This document shows, piece after piece, positions 28,257 to 37,953 of a stretch of 64,000 nt of DNA (position 1 is its first letter; each line of letters opens with the position of its first letter). The stretch is from Thermodesulfobacteriota bacterium (lineage in GTDB: Bacteria > Desulfobacterota_D > UBA1144 > Nemesobacterales > UBA2774), in assembly GCA_035325995.1 (NCBI GenBank), contig DAOKYU010000008.1, positions 6,897 through 70,896 of the forward strand. Reading direction: 5' to 3'. The position numbers and the translations under genes were made by a program. The notes beneath the pieces are model-generated. The model saw nothing but the letters and a program-made list of their open reading frames with translations. It had not been told where the DNA came from and ran no database searches.

Positions 28257-29639
28257 CTAGAAGAATTCCTCTACCGCGCCCTCTACGGAATCGACCCCGA
28301 TAAGGGCAATAGAATCGTCTCCGGGCTTGAGTCTGTCAAGGTTTATGCGGGGGAGGACGCATTTTTTAAACCCGAGCTTCCGCGCCTCGTTTATCCTCAT
28401 GTCGGCGTGGGATACGCCTCTCACCTCTCCCGCGAGCCCTATCTCTCCGAAGGCCGCGACCCCCGGGTCGAAGGGCTTATTCAGAAAGCTCGACACGAGC
28501 GCGAGGCATATCGCGAGGTCTATCGCGGGCTCCTCTATCTTGACGCCCCCGGCGACGTTCATGAACACGTCCTGCCCGAGTATCTGGAGCCCGGCCCTCT
28601 TTTCCAGTACGGCCAGGAGGAGCGACACACGGCTGTTGTCGAGCCCTATGGTCGTCCTCCTCGGGACGCCGAACCCGCACGGCGACACGAGCGCCTGTAT
28701 CTCGACGAGTATAGGCCGCGTCCCCTCCATGCTCGGCGTCACTACCGAGCCCGACGCGTTATACGGCCTCTCGGAGAGGAATATCTCCGACGGGTTCGTA
28801 ACCTCGCGGAGTCCCGAGTCCAGCATCTCGAAAACCCCTATCTCGTTCGTCGAGCCGAACCTGTTCTTAACCGCCCTGAGTATCCTGTACGGATGGTCCT
28901 TCCCGCCCTCGAAATAAAGCACGGTATCCACGAGATGCTCCAGGACCTTCGGCCCCGCTATAGTCCCCTCCTTCGTCACGTGCCCGATTAAAAACACCGC
29001 CGTCCCGCTCGACTTCGCAAACTGCATGAGCCGCGCGGTCGATTCCCTTATCTGCCCGACGCTTCCGGGAGCCGAGGCGAAGGTCTCGGTGAACATAGTC
29101 TGTATCGAGTCTATAACGACTATCTCCGGCGCGAGCTTTTCCATCTCCTGCAGTATCGCCTCGACGGACGTTTCGGTCAGCACGTATACGTCCCCCGACG
29201 AAACGCCCGTCCTCTCGGCCCTCATCTTCACCTGCACGGGGGATTCCTCGCCCGTCACGTAAAGGAACCTGTGCTCGCCCGCGCCGCCCCGGCTCACCCT
29301 CTCGCTCACGTAATTCAGCATCTGAAGCGCGAGCGTCGATTTCCCGATTCCCGGGTCCCCGCCCACGAGTATCACGGAGCCCGGAACGAACCCCCCGCCG
29401 AGCACCCTGTCGAGCTCCCCGTTCCCGGTCGGTATGCGCGCCTCCCTGTCACTCGATATCGCGGAAATCGGACGCGGCCCCTCGGTCCGGGCGCGCCGTG
29501 CCGGGCTCTTCGCCTTCTCGACGGTCTCCTCGACGTAGGAATTCCAGCTCCCGCACTCCGGGCACTTCCCGAGCCACCTCGGCGACGGGTTCCCGCACTC
29601 CTGGCAGACGTACTGCATTACGCTTCTCGTTCTTTTCAT
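28257..29639 (-). CDS. radA: DNA repair protein RadA/Sms
   Basis: N-terminal C4 zinc ribbon (YVCQECG...CPECGSW), Walker A GDPGIGKST, the KNRFG motif and a Lon-like C-terminal domain. The longer ORF starts at 29678; I prefer 29639 (MKRTRSVMQYVCQECG) because the extra upstream ATG overlaps a TATAAT box. Confidence 0.88.
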   Translation of the reverse strand: MKRTRSVMQYVCQECGNPSPRWLGKCPECGSWNSYVEETVEKAKSPARRARTEGPRPISAISSDREARIPTGNGELDRVLGGGFVPGSVILVGGDPGIGKSTLALQMLNYVSERVSRGGAGEHRFLYVTGEESPVQVKMRAERTGVSSGDVYVLTETSVEAILQEMEKLAPEIVVIDSIQTMFTETFASAPGSVGQIRESTARLMQFAKSSGTAVFLIGHVTKEGTIAGPKVLEHLVDTVLYFEGGKDHPYRILRAVKNRFGSTNEIGVFEMLDSGLREVTNPSEIFLSERPYNASGSVVTPSMEGTRPILVEIQALVSPCGFGVPRRTTIGLDNSRVSLLLAVLEKRAGLQILGQDVFMNVAGGVKIEEPAIDLAICLALVSSFLNKPFDPGVAAFGEIGLAGEVRGVSHADMRINEARKLGFKKCVLPRINLDRLKPGDDSIALIGVDSVEGAVEEFF

Positions 29640-29768
29640 CTGGCTATCCGGGGTTTCGTACGAGTGGACATTATACAATATTCAGGTTAATAAATAGAGC
29701 GGCCGGGGGCGTGCATCTACACCTTTTCTGCAAGGGGTGAACGAGTAGAATAAGACGAGGAGGGCGGC

Positions 29769-30524
29769 ATGAGCGAAGACGAGAAGGAAGGGAAGGGCAA
29801 AACGCCCGGACAGGGCGGGCCCGGCCGAATAAAGGACGAATCCTTTAAGCTCTGGGGCGGCCTCCCCCGCTCGCGCGACCCCGAGGGCGGGCGGCTGAAG
29901 CGCCCGCTTTCGTGGCAGGACGCCCTCGCCGAGCTCATCGACGGCAACAGGCGCTTCATAGGCACCATGAAAGAGAGCACCGTCGAAAGAACCCCCGAGC
30001 GCCGGATGGAAGTCGCCGACGAGCAGACCCCCTTCGCCGTCATACTCTCATGCGCCGATTCCCGCGTCTCGCCGGAGATAGTCTTCGACCAGTGGATAGG
30101 AGACCTCTTCGTCATCCGGATCGCCGGCAACATAGTCAACCCCCCTCACTACGGCATACTCGGCAGCATCGAATACGGCGTCGCGACCCTCGGCGCTAAC
30201 CTCGTCATGGTCCTCGGGCACAGCAGGTGCGGGGCGGTCACGGCGGCGGTTCAGGCCGTCGAGACGGGCGTGGAGTTCCCCGGCTCTATAGCCTCGATAA
30301 TCGACACCATAACCCCCGCCGTTAGGAGCGCCGCGAAAATGCCGGGCGACCTCCTCCAAAACTCCGTCATGGAAAACGTCAGGCTGAGCGTCAAGAAGAT
30401 CGAAACGGCTTCCCCCATACTGACCCCGCTCATTAAAAGCGGCACGGTCAGGGTCGTCGGCGGAAAGTACGATCTCGTCACGGGCGAGGTCACCCTCTAT
30501 ACAGACATCGATACGCCGGCTTAA
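29769..30524 (+). CDS. beta-class carbonic anhydrase
   Basis: CADSRV...HSRCGAV zinc-ligand motifs. Confidence 0.85.
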   Translation: MSEDEKEGKGKTPGQGGPGRIKDESFKLWGGLPRSRDPEGGRLKRPLSWQDALAELIDGNRRFIGTMKESTVERTPERRMEVADEQTPFAVILSCADSRVSPEIVFDQWIGDLFVIRIAGNIVNPPHYGILGSIEYGVATLGANLVMVLGHSRCGAVTAAVQAVETGVEFPGSIASIIDTITPAVRSAAKMPGDLLQNSVMENVRLSVKKIETASPILTPLIKSGTVRVVGGKYDLVTGEVTLYTDIDTPA

Positions 30525-30658
30525 CGGCTTCCCGCCTCGCCGCACGGCAGCTCCATATTTCAACATCCAGCCCTTGAAATTCCGGCGCCCGTGACTATTT
30601 TTTATTTGAATTTCATACCCGAGTCCGTGCAAGGAATCACCGGAGGAATAATCTTAAA

Positions 30659-32509
30659 ATGACAGAGCAGTCACCGAGAAAGCACGAGTTCCAGGCCGAA
30701 GTCAGGCAGGTGCTCGACATCGTAATAAATTCCCTCTACAGGGACAAGGAAGTCTTCATACGCGAGCTCGTCTCCAACGCTTCCGACGCCCTCGAAAAAC
30801 TACGCCACATACAGCTCACCGAAAAAGACATTTACGACGAGGAGCTCCCTCTCGAAATCAACATCAGGACCGACGAGGCGGAGAACACCATCACCATAGA
30901 AGACCACGGCGTCGGCATGAGCGAAGAAGACCTCGTCCAAAACCTCGGCACGATAGCCCACTCCGGCTCGAAGGCGTTTTTAAAGGCCGTAAGGGAAGAG
31001 GGCAGGGCGGACCCCGATCTCATCGGCCGGTTCGGAGTCGGGTTCTACAGCGTCTTCATGGTGGCGGATTCCGTCGAGGTCCACACGCACGACTGGCGGA
31101 AGGACGGGAAGAGCCTCCTCTGGAAAAGTAGCGGCGCGGGCTCCTACGAGATCGAAACCATATCGGGCGAGAGGCGCGGCACGAAGATAGTCGCCCATTT
31201 AAAGGAAGACGCAAAGGAATTCGCCGACGCCGACCGCGTCCGCGACGTGCTCACGCACTACTCCAGCTTCGTCCAGTTCCCGATAAAGCTCAACGGCGAG
31301 CAGGTGAACACCGTCCAGCCCCTATGGACGCGGAACAAATCCGAGATCGCGGACGAGGAATATAACGAGTTCTACAAGTTCCAGGCGGGCGCCTTCGACG
31401 ACCCTCTCTACAGGCTCCACTTCAGCTCCGACGCCCCGCTCGAAATAAATGCGCTCGTTTTCGTTCCCGGCGAGAACCCCGAAAGGTGGGGCTTCGGCAA
31501 GGTAGACCCGGGCGTCAGCCTCTACTCGCGAAGAATCCTCATCGATCCGAAACCCGACGGCCTCCTCCCCGACTGGCTCAGGTTCCTTAAAGGTGTCGTC
31601 GACAGCTCCGACATCCCGCTCAACATCTCGCGCGAGAGCATGCAGGACAGTGCGCTGACGAAAAGAATAGGGCAGGTCATCACCGGGAGATTCATAAAAT
31701 TCCTCGAAGACGAGGCGAAGAAGGACCCGGCGAAATTCGAAGAGTTCTACAGGAAGTTCTCTATATATCTCAAGGAAGGAATAGCGGCGGACCTCAAAAA
31801 CAGGGATCAGCTCGCAAAGCTCCTCCGCTACGAATCCTCGGCGACGGAAAAAGGCAAGCTCACGACGCTCGAAGAATACGCCGCCCGTATGAAGGACGGC
31901 CAGAAAGAGATTTATTACCTCTACGCCCCCGGCCGCGAAATCCTCGAGGCCGGCCCGCACATCGAGGCCTTCCGGGCCCGCGGCCTCGAAGTCCTCTACC
32001 TCTACGAACCCGTAGACGAATTCGTTATGACGAGCCTCGGAAAGTACGACGATAAAGAGCTCGTCTCGGCCGACAACGCATCGATCGATTTCGGCGACGA
32101 TGGAAAAGCGCCGGAGAGCAAGGTCTCGGAAGAGGACGCGAAGGCGCTCACTGCGTGGTTCAAGGACGTCCTCGGGGACAGGGTGAACGAGGTCGTCATG
32201 AGTAAGCGCCTCGTCGACAGCCCGGCGGTCGCTCTCAATGCAGACAAGTTCATGACCCCCTCCATGCGCCGGATGATGAAGGCGATACAGCGTGAAGGCA
32301 AAATCGAGAATTCGATTAACCTCGAGCTCAACCCCGCGCACAAGCTCATCGAGGGGCTTTCCGTGCTCAGGGACAAAGACCCCGAAACTGCTAAGCTCGT
32401 CGCCGAGCAGATTTTCGACAACGCCCTCGTCGCGGCCGGATTCATGGAAGATGCGCGGGAAATGGTAGGCAGGGTCTACAGCATCCTCGAACGTGTGACG
32501 GAAAAATAG
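30659..32509 (+). CDS. htpG: molecular chaperone HtpG (Hsp90)
   Basis: FQAEVRQVLDIVINSLYRDKEVFIRELVSNASDA is the GHKL ATPase N-terminus. 616 aa. Confidence 0.95.
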   Translation: MTEQSPRKHEFQAEVRQVLDIVINSLYRDKEVFIRELVSNASDALEKLRHIQLTEKDIYDEELPLEINIRTDEAENTITIEDHGVGMSEEDLVQNLGTIAHSGSKAFLKAVREEGRADPDLIGRFGVGFYSVFMVADSVEVHTHDWRKDGKSLLWKSSGAGSYEIETISGERRGTKIVAHLKEDAKEFADADRVRDVLTHYSSFVQFPIKLNGEQVNTVQPLWTRNKSEIADEEYNEFYKFQAGAFDDPLYRLHFSSDAPLEINALVFVPGENPERWGFGKVDPGVSLYSRRILIDPKPDGLLPDWLRFLKGVVDSSDIPLNISRESMQDSALTKRIGQVITGRFIKFLEDEAKKDPAKFEEFYRKFSIYLKEGIAADLKNRDQLAKLLRYESSATEKGKLTTLEEYAARMKDGQKEIYYLYAPGREILEAGPHIEAFRARGLEVLYLYEPVDEFVMTSLGKYDDKELVSADNASIDFGDDGKAPESKVSEEDAKALTAWFKDVLGDRVNEVVMSKRLVDSPAVALNADKFMTPSMRRMMKAIQREGKIENSINLELNPAHKLIEGLSVLRDKDPETAKLVAEQIFDNALVAAGFMEDAREMVGRVYSILERVTEK

Positions 32510-32572
32510 CTTACATCATCCTGCGTTCGGGTTTAATATGTGTTTCTGATAACAGTTGAACGGGGGAGTAAT

Positions 32573-32944
32573 ATGCTTACGAAAAAGCTCGCCGACCACG
32601 TCGTGGTCCATTCGCCATTTTGCGGCGAGATACGCGAAATCCTTCTCGGCGGCGATTACGACAAGCTCGGTGTCGCCGTCGCGATCGATATAAACCCCAC
32701 GACGGCTCACTTTCACAAAACATTCGACGAGATATATTTCGTCCTCGACGGCGAGCTCGAGCTCGAATTTTACGACCCCGAATCCGGCAGGACGTGGACG
32801 GAATCATTATCTGCGAACGAGCTCGCGGTAGTTTCGAATGGCATTCACCACAGAGTCATTAAAGCAACGGAAAAGAACCGCCTTTGCGTGCTCAGCGCTC
32901 CCCCGTTTCACGCCGACGACGAGAACCCGTCCGATAAAATATAA
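32573..32944 (+). CDS. cupin-domain protein
   Basis: Small beta-barrel protein with cupin motifs (HFHKTFDEIYFVLDGELELEF...NGIHHRV). Start placed at 32573, after a GGGGGAG RBS. Confidence 0.55.
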   Translation: MLTKKLADHVVVHSPFCGEIREILLGGDYDKLGVAVAIDINPTTAHFHKTFDEIYFVLDGELELEFYDPESGRTWTESLSANELAVVSNGIHHRVIKATEKNRLCVLSAPPFHADDENPSDKI

Positions 32945-32987
32945 AAGCCCGGCCACGGCGGGCGCATCTTCCCGGGGCCGCCGGTAT

Positions 32988-33016
32988 TTGCCTAACCCGC
33001 TCATAAAAAGTATAAT
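32988..33016 (+). promoter_or_regulatory. sigma70-like promoter (TTGCCT-17-TATAAT) for the AAA+/VWA operon
   Basis: TTGCCT at 32988-32993 and TATAAT at 33011-33016, about 95 nt before the AAA+ start codon. Confidence 0.4.
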
Positions 33017-33109
33017 TTCTACTACTTAAGGGGTTTAGAGCCGGTCGGGGAAGAGCAGGTCCACAACCGTAAAACCAACAAAATCTAAAATACTCACGGG
33101 GCTTAATAT

Positions 33110-33946
33110 ATGAGATTCGAAGGCACGGAAAATTATATCTCGACGCGGGACCTTAACCTCGCCGTAAACGCTTCGATAACACTTCAGCGCCCGCTCCTCA
33201 TAAAGGGCGAGCCCGGCACGGGCAAGACGATGCTCGCGTTCGAGGTGGCCGAGGCCCTCGGAAAGGAGCTCATCACGTGGCACGTAAAGTCCTCGACGAC
33301 GGCGCAGCAGGGGCTCTACGAATACGACGCCGTCTCCCGACTCCGCGATTCCCAGCTCGGGGACGACAGGGTCAACGACATCGCGAACTATATAAAGAAA
33401 GGGAAGCTCTGGGAGGCTTTCGAATCCGAAGAGCAGATAGTGCTCCTCATCGACGAGATCGACAAGGCGGACATCGAATTCCCTAACGACCTTCTGTTAG
33501 AGCTCGACCGCATGGAGTTCTACTGCTACGAGCTCCGAAAGACCATAAGGGCCAGGGAGCGCCCGATAATCATCATCACGTCCAACAACGAAAAGGAGCT
33601 CCCCGACGCATTCTTAAGGAGATGCTTCTTCCACTACATCAGCTTCCCCGACAGAGAAACGTTAAAGGCCATAGTAAAGGTTCACTACCCGAAGCTCGAA
33701 GGGAAGCTCATCGAAAACGCCATGAATATCTTCTACGACCTCCGCGAGATCGACGGCCTCAAGAAGAAGCCCTCGACGAGCGAATTAATAGACTGGCTAA
33801 AGCTCCTCATGGTCGGGAAGATCACGGAGTCCGAGCTCGGCGCGGTGGATCTCTCCGAAAGCCTTCCGCCCTACGCGGGCGCGCTCCTAAAGAACGAGCA
33901 GGACCACGACCTCCTTTCCCGCATCAGGCTCAGGTTCAGGCGCTGA
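33110..33946 (+). CDS. MoxR-like AAA+ ATPase (AAA_5; CoxD-like)
   Basis: Walker A GEPGTGKT, Walker B LLIDEIDK, sensor/arginine-finger region. About 280 aa, typical of CoxD/MoxR-type chaperone ATPases. Confidence 0.85.
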   Translation: MRFEGTENYISTRDLNLAVNASITLQRPLLIKGEPGTGKTMLAFEVAEALGKELITWHVKSSTTAQQGLYEYDAVSRLRDSQLGDDRVNDIANYIKKGKLWEAFESEEQIVLLIDEIDKADIEFPNDLLLELDRMEFYCYELRKTIRARERPIIIITSNNEKELPDAFLRRCFFHYISFPDRETLKAIVKVHYPKLEGKLIENAMNIFYDLREIDGLKKKPSTSELIDWLKLLMVGKITESELGAVDLSESLPPYAGALLKNEQDHDLLSRIRLRFRR

Positions 33947-33992
33947 TACAGGCCGCCGTAGGCGGGCGCAATTCGATTCACGAAGGTGAGAA

Positions 33993-35195
33993 ATGTTTCT
34001 CGACTTTTTTCTGCTTCTTAAAAACGACGGCATACCGGTAACCATAAAGGAGTACCTCACCCTCCTCGAAGCGCTCGACGAAGGCATAGGCGAGTACAGC
34101 GTGGACGATTTCTACTACCTCTCCCGCACGTCCCTCATAAAGCACGAGCATCACCTCGACAGATTCGATCTCCTCTTCGGCTATTTCTTCGAAGGCGTCG
34201 AAAAAATAGACACCGAGGAGTTCATGAAGATACCCGAGGAATGGCTCAGGAAGAGCTTCGTCAACGCGCTTACGGACGAAGAGAAGGAGCTCATAAAAGG
34301 GATGGGCGGCCTCGACAAGCTCCTTGAGCGCCTGAAGGAATTAATGAAGGAGCAGAAGAAACGCCACGAGGGCGGTGGCAAGTGGATAGGCACGGGAGGC
34401 ACGTCCCCCTTCGGCGCCTACGGTTACAACCCCGAGGGCATCAGGATAGGGCAGGACGAGAGCCGCCACAGAAGGGCGGTCAAGGTGTGGGACAAGCGCG
34501 AATTCAAGGACCTCGACGACTCCGTCGAGCTCCAGACGAGGAACATGAAGATGGCCCTCCGCCGCCTCCGCATACTCACACGCGAAGGAACTTCGGAAGA
34601 GCTCGACCTAGATAAAACGATAGACAAAACGTCGCGCAACGCCGGCTTTCTCGAGATCGAAATGGTCCCGGCGAAAAAGAACAACGTAAAGGTTTTACTC
34701 TTCCTCGACATCGGCGGCTCGATGGACGATCATATCGAGCTGTGCTCGCGCCTCTTCTCCGCAGCAAAATACGAGTTCAAGCATCTTGAATACTACTACT
34801 TCCACAACTGCCTCTACGAATTCGTCTGGAAGAACAATAAAAGAAGGTGGCAGGAAGCGATACCCACGTTCGAGGTTTTCAACAAGTACAACAGCGACTA
34901 CAAGGTCATAATCGTGGGCGACGCGTCGATGTCTCCCTACGAGCTCCTGTATCAGAACGGCAGCGTCGAGCACAACAACGACGAGGCCGGCTTCGTCTGG
35001 CTCGACCGCCTGAAGACCCGCTACCCCGACATCGTCTGGCTCAACCCCGTCCCCGTCCCGCAGTGGAAATACACCGAGTCCATAGGCATGGTCAAGCAGT
35101 TCATGAACGACCGCATGTTCCCGCTGACGCTCTCCGGCCTCCAGAAAGCCATCCGCGCGCTCAAAGACAGAAAAATCAAATTCGAAGGGCATTGA
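33993..35195 (+). CDS. VWA domain protein (CoxE-like)
   Basis: CoxE-type N-terminus (MFLDFFLLLKNDGIPVTIKEYLTLLEAL) and a C-terminal VWA domain with the DxGxS MIDAS-like motif (FLDIGGSM). Usual partner of MoxR/CoxD ATPases. Confidence 0.8.
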   Translation: MFLDFFLLLKNDGIPVTIKEYLTLLEALDEGIGEYSVDDFYYLSRTSLIKHEHHLDRFDLLFGYFFEGVEKIDTEEFMKIPEEWLRKSFVNALTDEEKELIKGMGGLDKLLERLKELMKEQKKRHEGGGKWIGTGGTSPFGAYGYNPEGIRIGQDESRHRRAVKVWDKREFKDLDDSVELQTRNMKMALRRLRILTREGTSEELDLDKTIDKTSRNAGFLEIEMVPAKKNNVKVLLFLDIGGSMDDHIELCSRLFSAAKYEFKHLEYYYFHNCLYEFVWKNNKRRWQEAIPTFEVFNKYNSDYKVIIVGDASMSPYELLYQNGSVEHNNDEAGFVWLDRLKTRYPDIVWLNPVPVPQWKYTESIGMVKQFMNDRMFPLTLSGLQKAIRALKDRKIKFEGH

Positions 35196-35197
35196 CT

Positions 35198-35623
35198 ATG
35201 ACTTTTCCCACTTTAGACAATATTGTCGCTGTGTTGGGATTATTAGGAATTGGGGGAATCATAGGGAATTATGTTCGAATTCTGTTGGAAAGAAAAAACC
35301 AAGCCCAATTACAGAAACAAGAATTTAAGGAAACTCGATATAAGTGTATTGTTCTGCTTATGTATGCTTCGTTAGATTTTGAAAAAGAAATACACAATCT
35401 CAGAAAGCATGGTCGCGATTTTGCTTCTTATGAAGAATTAATGGAAGAACTAAAAACTGAATGGTACAACATGATTCTATTTGCTTCTGACGAAGTTCTC
35501 AGAACAACTCATGCTTTTATTTTAAATCCTTCGGTTTCATTGTTTAAAAATACCGTGTTGGCGATGCGAAGGGATCTTTGGGGCGGGAAACTTTCTGAAG
35601 ATCTTATTGATCTCAAGTTTTAA
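35198..35623 (+). CDS. hypothetical small membrane-anchored protein (compositionally atypical)
   Basis: 141 aa (MTFPTLDNIVAVLGLLGIGGIIGNYV...): one N-terminal TM helix, then a soluble domain. Starts 2 nt after the VWA stop. Markedly AT-rich with different codon choice (TTA/ATT/GAA/AAA) from its GC-rich neighbours. Confidence 0.55.
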   Translation: MTFPTLDNIVAVLGLLGIGGIIGNYVRILLERKNQAQLQKQEFKETRYKCIVLLMYASLDFEKEIHNLRKHGRDFASYEELMEELKTEWYNMILFASDEVLRTTHAFILNPSVSLFKNTVLAMRRDLWGGKLSEDLIDLKF

Positions 35624-35667
35624 ATCGTGTCCAAATAAAAAATCAATGTACTGTTCATAATCGGCAA

Positions 35668-36126
35668 ATGATCCTCTCAATCGACCTCATCAACTTCGTA
35701 GTCTCCGACCTCGAAAGGTCAGTCAGGTTCTATACAGAGCTACTCGGGTTCCATGAATCGAAGCGCGCGCATCTGGAAGGCGACTGGATAGAAAAGATAG
35801 TGGGACTCAAAGGCGTCGTCGCCGACGTCGCCTTCATAATCGCGCCCGCGGGCGAGCCCCGCATCGAGCTCCTCTGCTATAAAACCCCCTCGGGTGAATC
35901 GATACCCGCAAACTCCCTCGCCAACACTGTCGGCATCCGGCACATAGCCTTCAGGGTAGACGACATTCACGCAGCCGCCCGGAAGCTCAAAGACGCCGGG
36001 GTAAAGCTCCTCGGCGACCCGGTCATCGTCCCCGAAACCGTCGTCACGCACGACGCCGGCCACAAGATGCTCTGCTACTTCCACGACCCCGACGGCATCC
36101 TTCTCGAAATCACCGAGTATAAATAG
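35668..36126 (+). CDS. VOC-family (glyoxalase/bleomycin-resistance/dioxygenase fold) protein
   Basis: Two beta-alpha-beta-beta-beta modules (LIDLINFVVSDLERSVRFYTELLGF...HIAFRVDDIHAAARKLKDAGVKLL). Confidence 0.7.
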   Translation: MILSIDLINFVVSDLERSVRFYTELLGFHESKRAHLEGDWIEKIVGLKGVVADVAFIIAPAGEPRIELLCYKTPSGESIPANSLANTVGIRHIAFRVDDIHAAARKLKDAGVKLLGDPVIVPETVVTHDAGHKMLCYFHDPDGILLEITEYK

Positions 36127-36399
36127 CGCGCAGCTCTTTTTTCAGGGGGGGGACTATAGTGGGGGGTACATTCAATCTGTCATTCCCAACGATTTCGAGC
36201 GAGCGAGGAATCGGACGCCTCCACATAAATCTTCGACGTTTATCCAGTACCGCTCAAAATTTGCCTATACATCGGGAATCCATTTCCACAAGCAATTTGT
36301 TAGAATTATTTGTCTTCTAATCCCTCCTTGGGAAAAGGGGGGGTGGGAGGTTTACACGTCATTGCTGGCAGAGCAGCGAAACGGCGCGCGGCAATCTCG

Positions 36400-37290
36400 C
36401 TAATCGAAGATCAGCGTCCTGTTCCCATAGACCAGGATCTTCCTCTTCAGGTGATACCACACGGCCTGCGACAGCACTACCTTCTCCAGGTCGCGCCCCT
36501 TTCGTATAAGGTCCTCGACACTGTCCTTGTGCGTGATGCGGACGACGTTCTGGTCTATTATCGGCCCCGCGTCGAGCTCCGCGGTCACATAATGGCTCGT
36601 CGCGCCGATGATCTTCACTCCCCTCTCGTACGCCGAATGATACGGCCTCGCCCCTGGAAATGCCGGCAGGAACGAGTGGTGGATGTTTATTATCCTGTGG
36701 GGATACTGCGACACGAAATCACCGCTCAGTATCTGCATGTACCTCGCCAGGACGACGAAGTCTATGTCGTATTCTTTCAAGAGCTCCATCTGCTTTTTCT
36801 CGGCGGCCGCCTTGTCTTCCTTCACGTTCGGCGTCACGTGAAAATTAATGCCGAACGCGCGCGCCACGGGCTCCAGGTCCTCGTGGTTGCTGATTATGAG
36901 CGGCACCTCGACGTTCCACTGATCGGACTGGGACCGCGACAATATATCGTGAAGACAGTGCGGCATCTTCGACACGAATATCGCCATCTTCTGGACGTAG
37001 TCCGAAAAATAAAGGCTCCACTTCATGCCGAACCTTTCCGCGATCAGCGTCTGAAAATACTCGCCTATCTTATCCGGGGGTATGCTGAAGTTCGTCAGGT
37101 CCCACTCGACGCGCATGAAGAACACCTTCTCCTGCGTGTCCACGTGCTGGTCGAGATAAATTATGTTTCCGTCGTTCTTGAATATGAACTCGGTGATCGC
37201 GGATACGAGCCCCTTTCTGTCGGGGCAGTGTACGAGTAATATCGCCGAGCGTACGTCCTTTCCGTTCTGTTCTGTCATGTCCTTTTCCAT
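36400..37290 (-). CDS. purU: formyltetrahydrofolate deformylase
   Basis: N-terminal ACT domain (AILLVHCPDRKGLVSAITEFI) plus a formyl-transferase domain with the HHSFLPAF...GA.PYHSA motif. Confidence 0.9.
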   Translation of the reverse strand: MEKDMTEQNGKDVRSAILLVHCPDRKGLVSAITEFIFKNDGNIIYLDQHVDTQEKVFFMRVEWDLTNFSIPPDKIGEYFQTLIAERFGMKWSLYFSDYVQKMAIFVSKMPHCLHDILSRSQSDQWNVEVPLIISNHEDLEPVARAFGINFHVTPNVKEDKAAAEKKQMELLKEYDIDFVVLARYMQILSGDFVSQYPHRIINIHHSFLPAFPGARPYHSAYERGVKIIGATSHYVTAELDAGPIIDQNVVRITHKDSVEDLIRKGRDLEKVVLSQAVWYHLKRKILVYGNRTLIFD

Positions 37291-37311
37291 AAGCGCGTGA
37301 GCGGCGGCCGG

Positions 37312-37683
37312 TCAGTCCCTTCCCATGAGCGCATAGATTTCGTCGTCGTTAAGGCCGAAGTAGTGAGCTATCTCGTGCTGGAGCACCTCTTCCACCCTGT
37401 CCGCTATCTCTTCGTCCGTACGGCATATCTTCTCGATGTCTTTCTGGTAGAGGACGATCTCGTCCGGGAGCCTTATCCCCTCCCAGACGCTCCTCAGGTG
37501 AAGCGGCGTCCCCCTGTAAAGGCCGAGCAGAAGCCCTTCGCCCCTTATCTCCAGCTTTTCCAGGTCCTCCCGCGTGGGATAGTCCTCCACCTTGATAACG
37601 ACGTTATCGATCTTCTTCCGGAACTCCTCGGGAATCCTGTCGTAGGCCTCTTCTACGAGCTGCTCGAATCTTTGCCTTTTCAA
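37312..37683 (-). CDS. putative Zn-dependent metallopeptidase (COG3824/DUF1025-like)
   Basis: 123 aa with an HEIAHYFG (HExxH) motif near the C-terminus. Confidence 0.55.
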   Translation of the reverse strand: MKRQRFEQLVEEAYDRIPEEFRKKIDNVVIKVEDYPTREDLEKLEIRGEGLLLGLYRGTPLHLRSVWEGIRLPDEIVLYQKDIEKICRTDEEIADRVEEVLQHEIAHYFGLNDDEIYALMGRD

Positions 37684-37953
37684 AGTCGGTTTGGTTTAAC
37701 TTATGCGATTAAGTGCTCAGTAAGATTATAATAAGAACCCGAATCTTTCAATCGGAGGTGAAAGGGAAGGGCCGGGACCGTGGAAATAATCGCCCGGGAT
37801 TTTTATCGTCCGTATGCCCGCCTGAGCCCGGCTATGTCCGGCTTCTCCATCTTTAAAAGGGCTTTCATAACCTTCTCCGCTTTCGACGGAACGATTTTCT
37901 GCATGGTTATAAGCCTCCCTCTTTATTCCCCCTTCCGCTTAAACAAGAAACTC

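Noticed and set aside
36127-36399. G-run-rich convergent spacer (CAGGGGGGGG..., GGAAAAGGGGGGGTGGGAGG) between the VOC gene and purU as a possible sRNA or G-quadruplex element
   Set aside because: No promoter/terminator pair or conserved structure is discernible. It may simply be a terminator-poor convergent spacer. Noted but not supportable from sequence alone.
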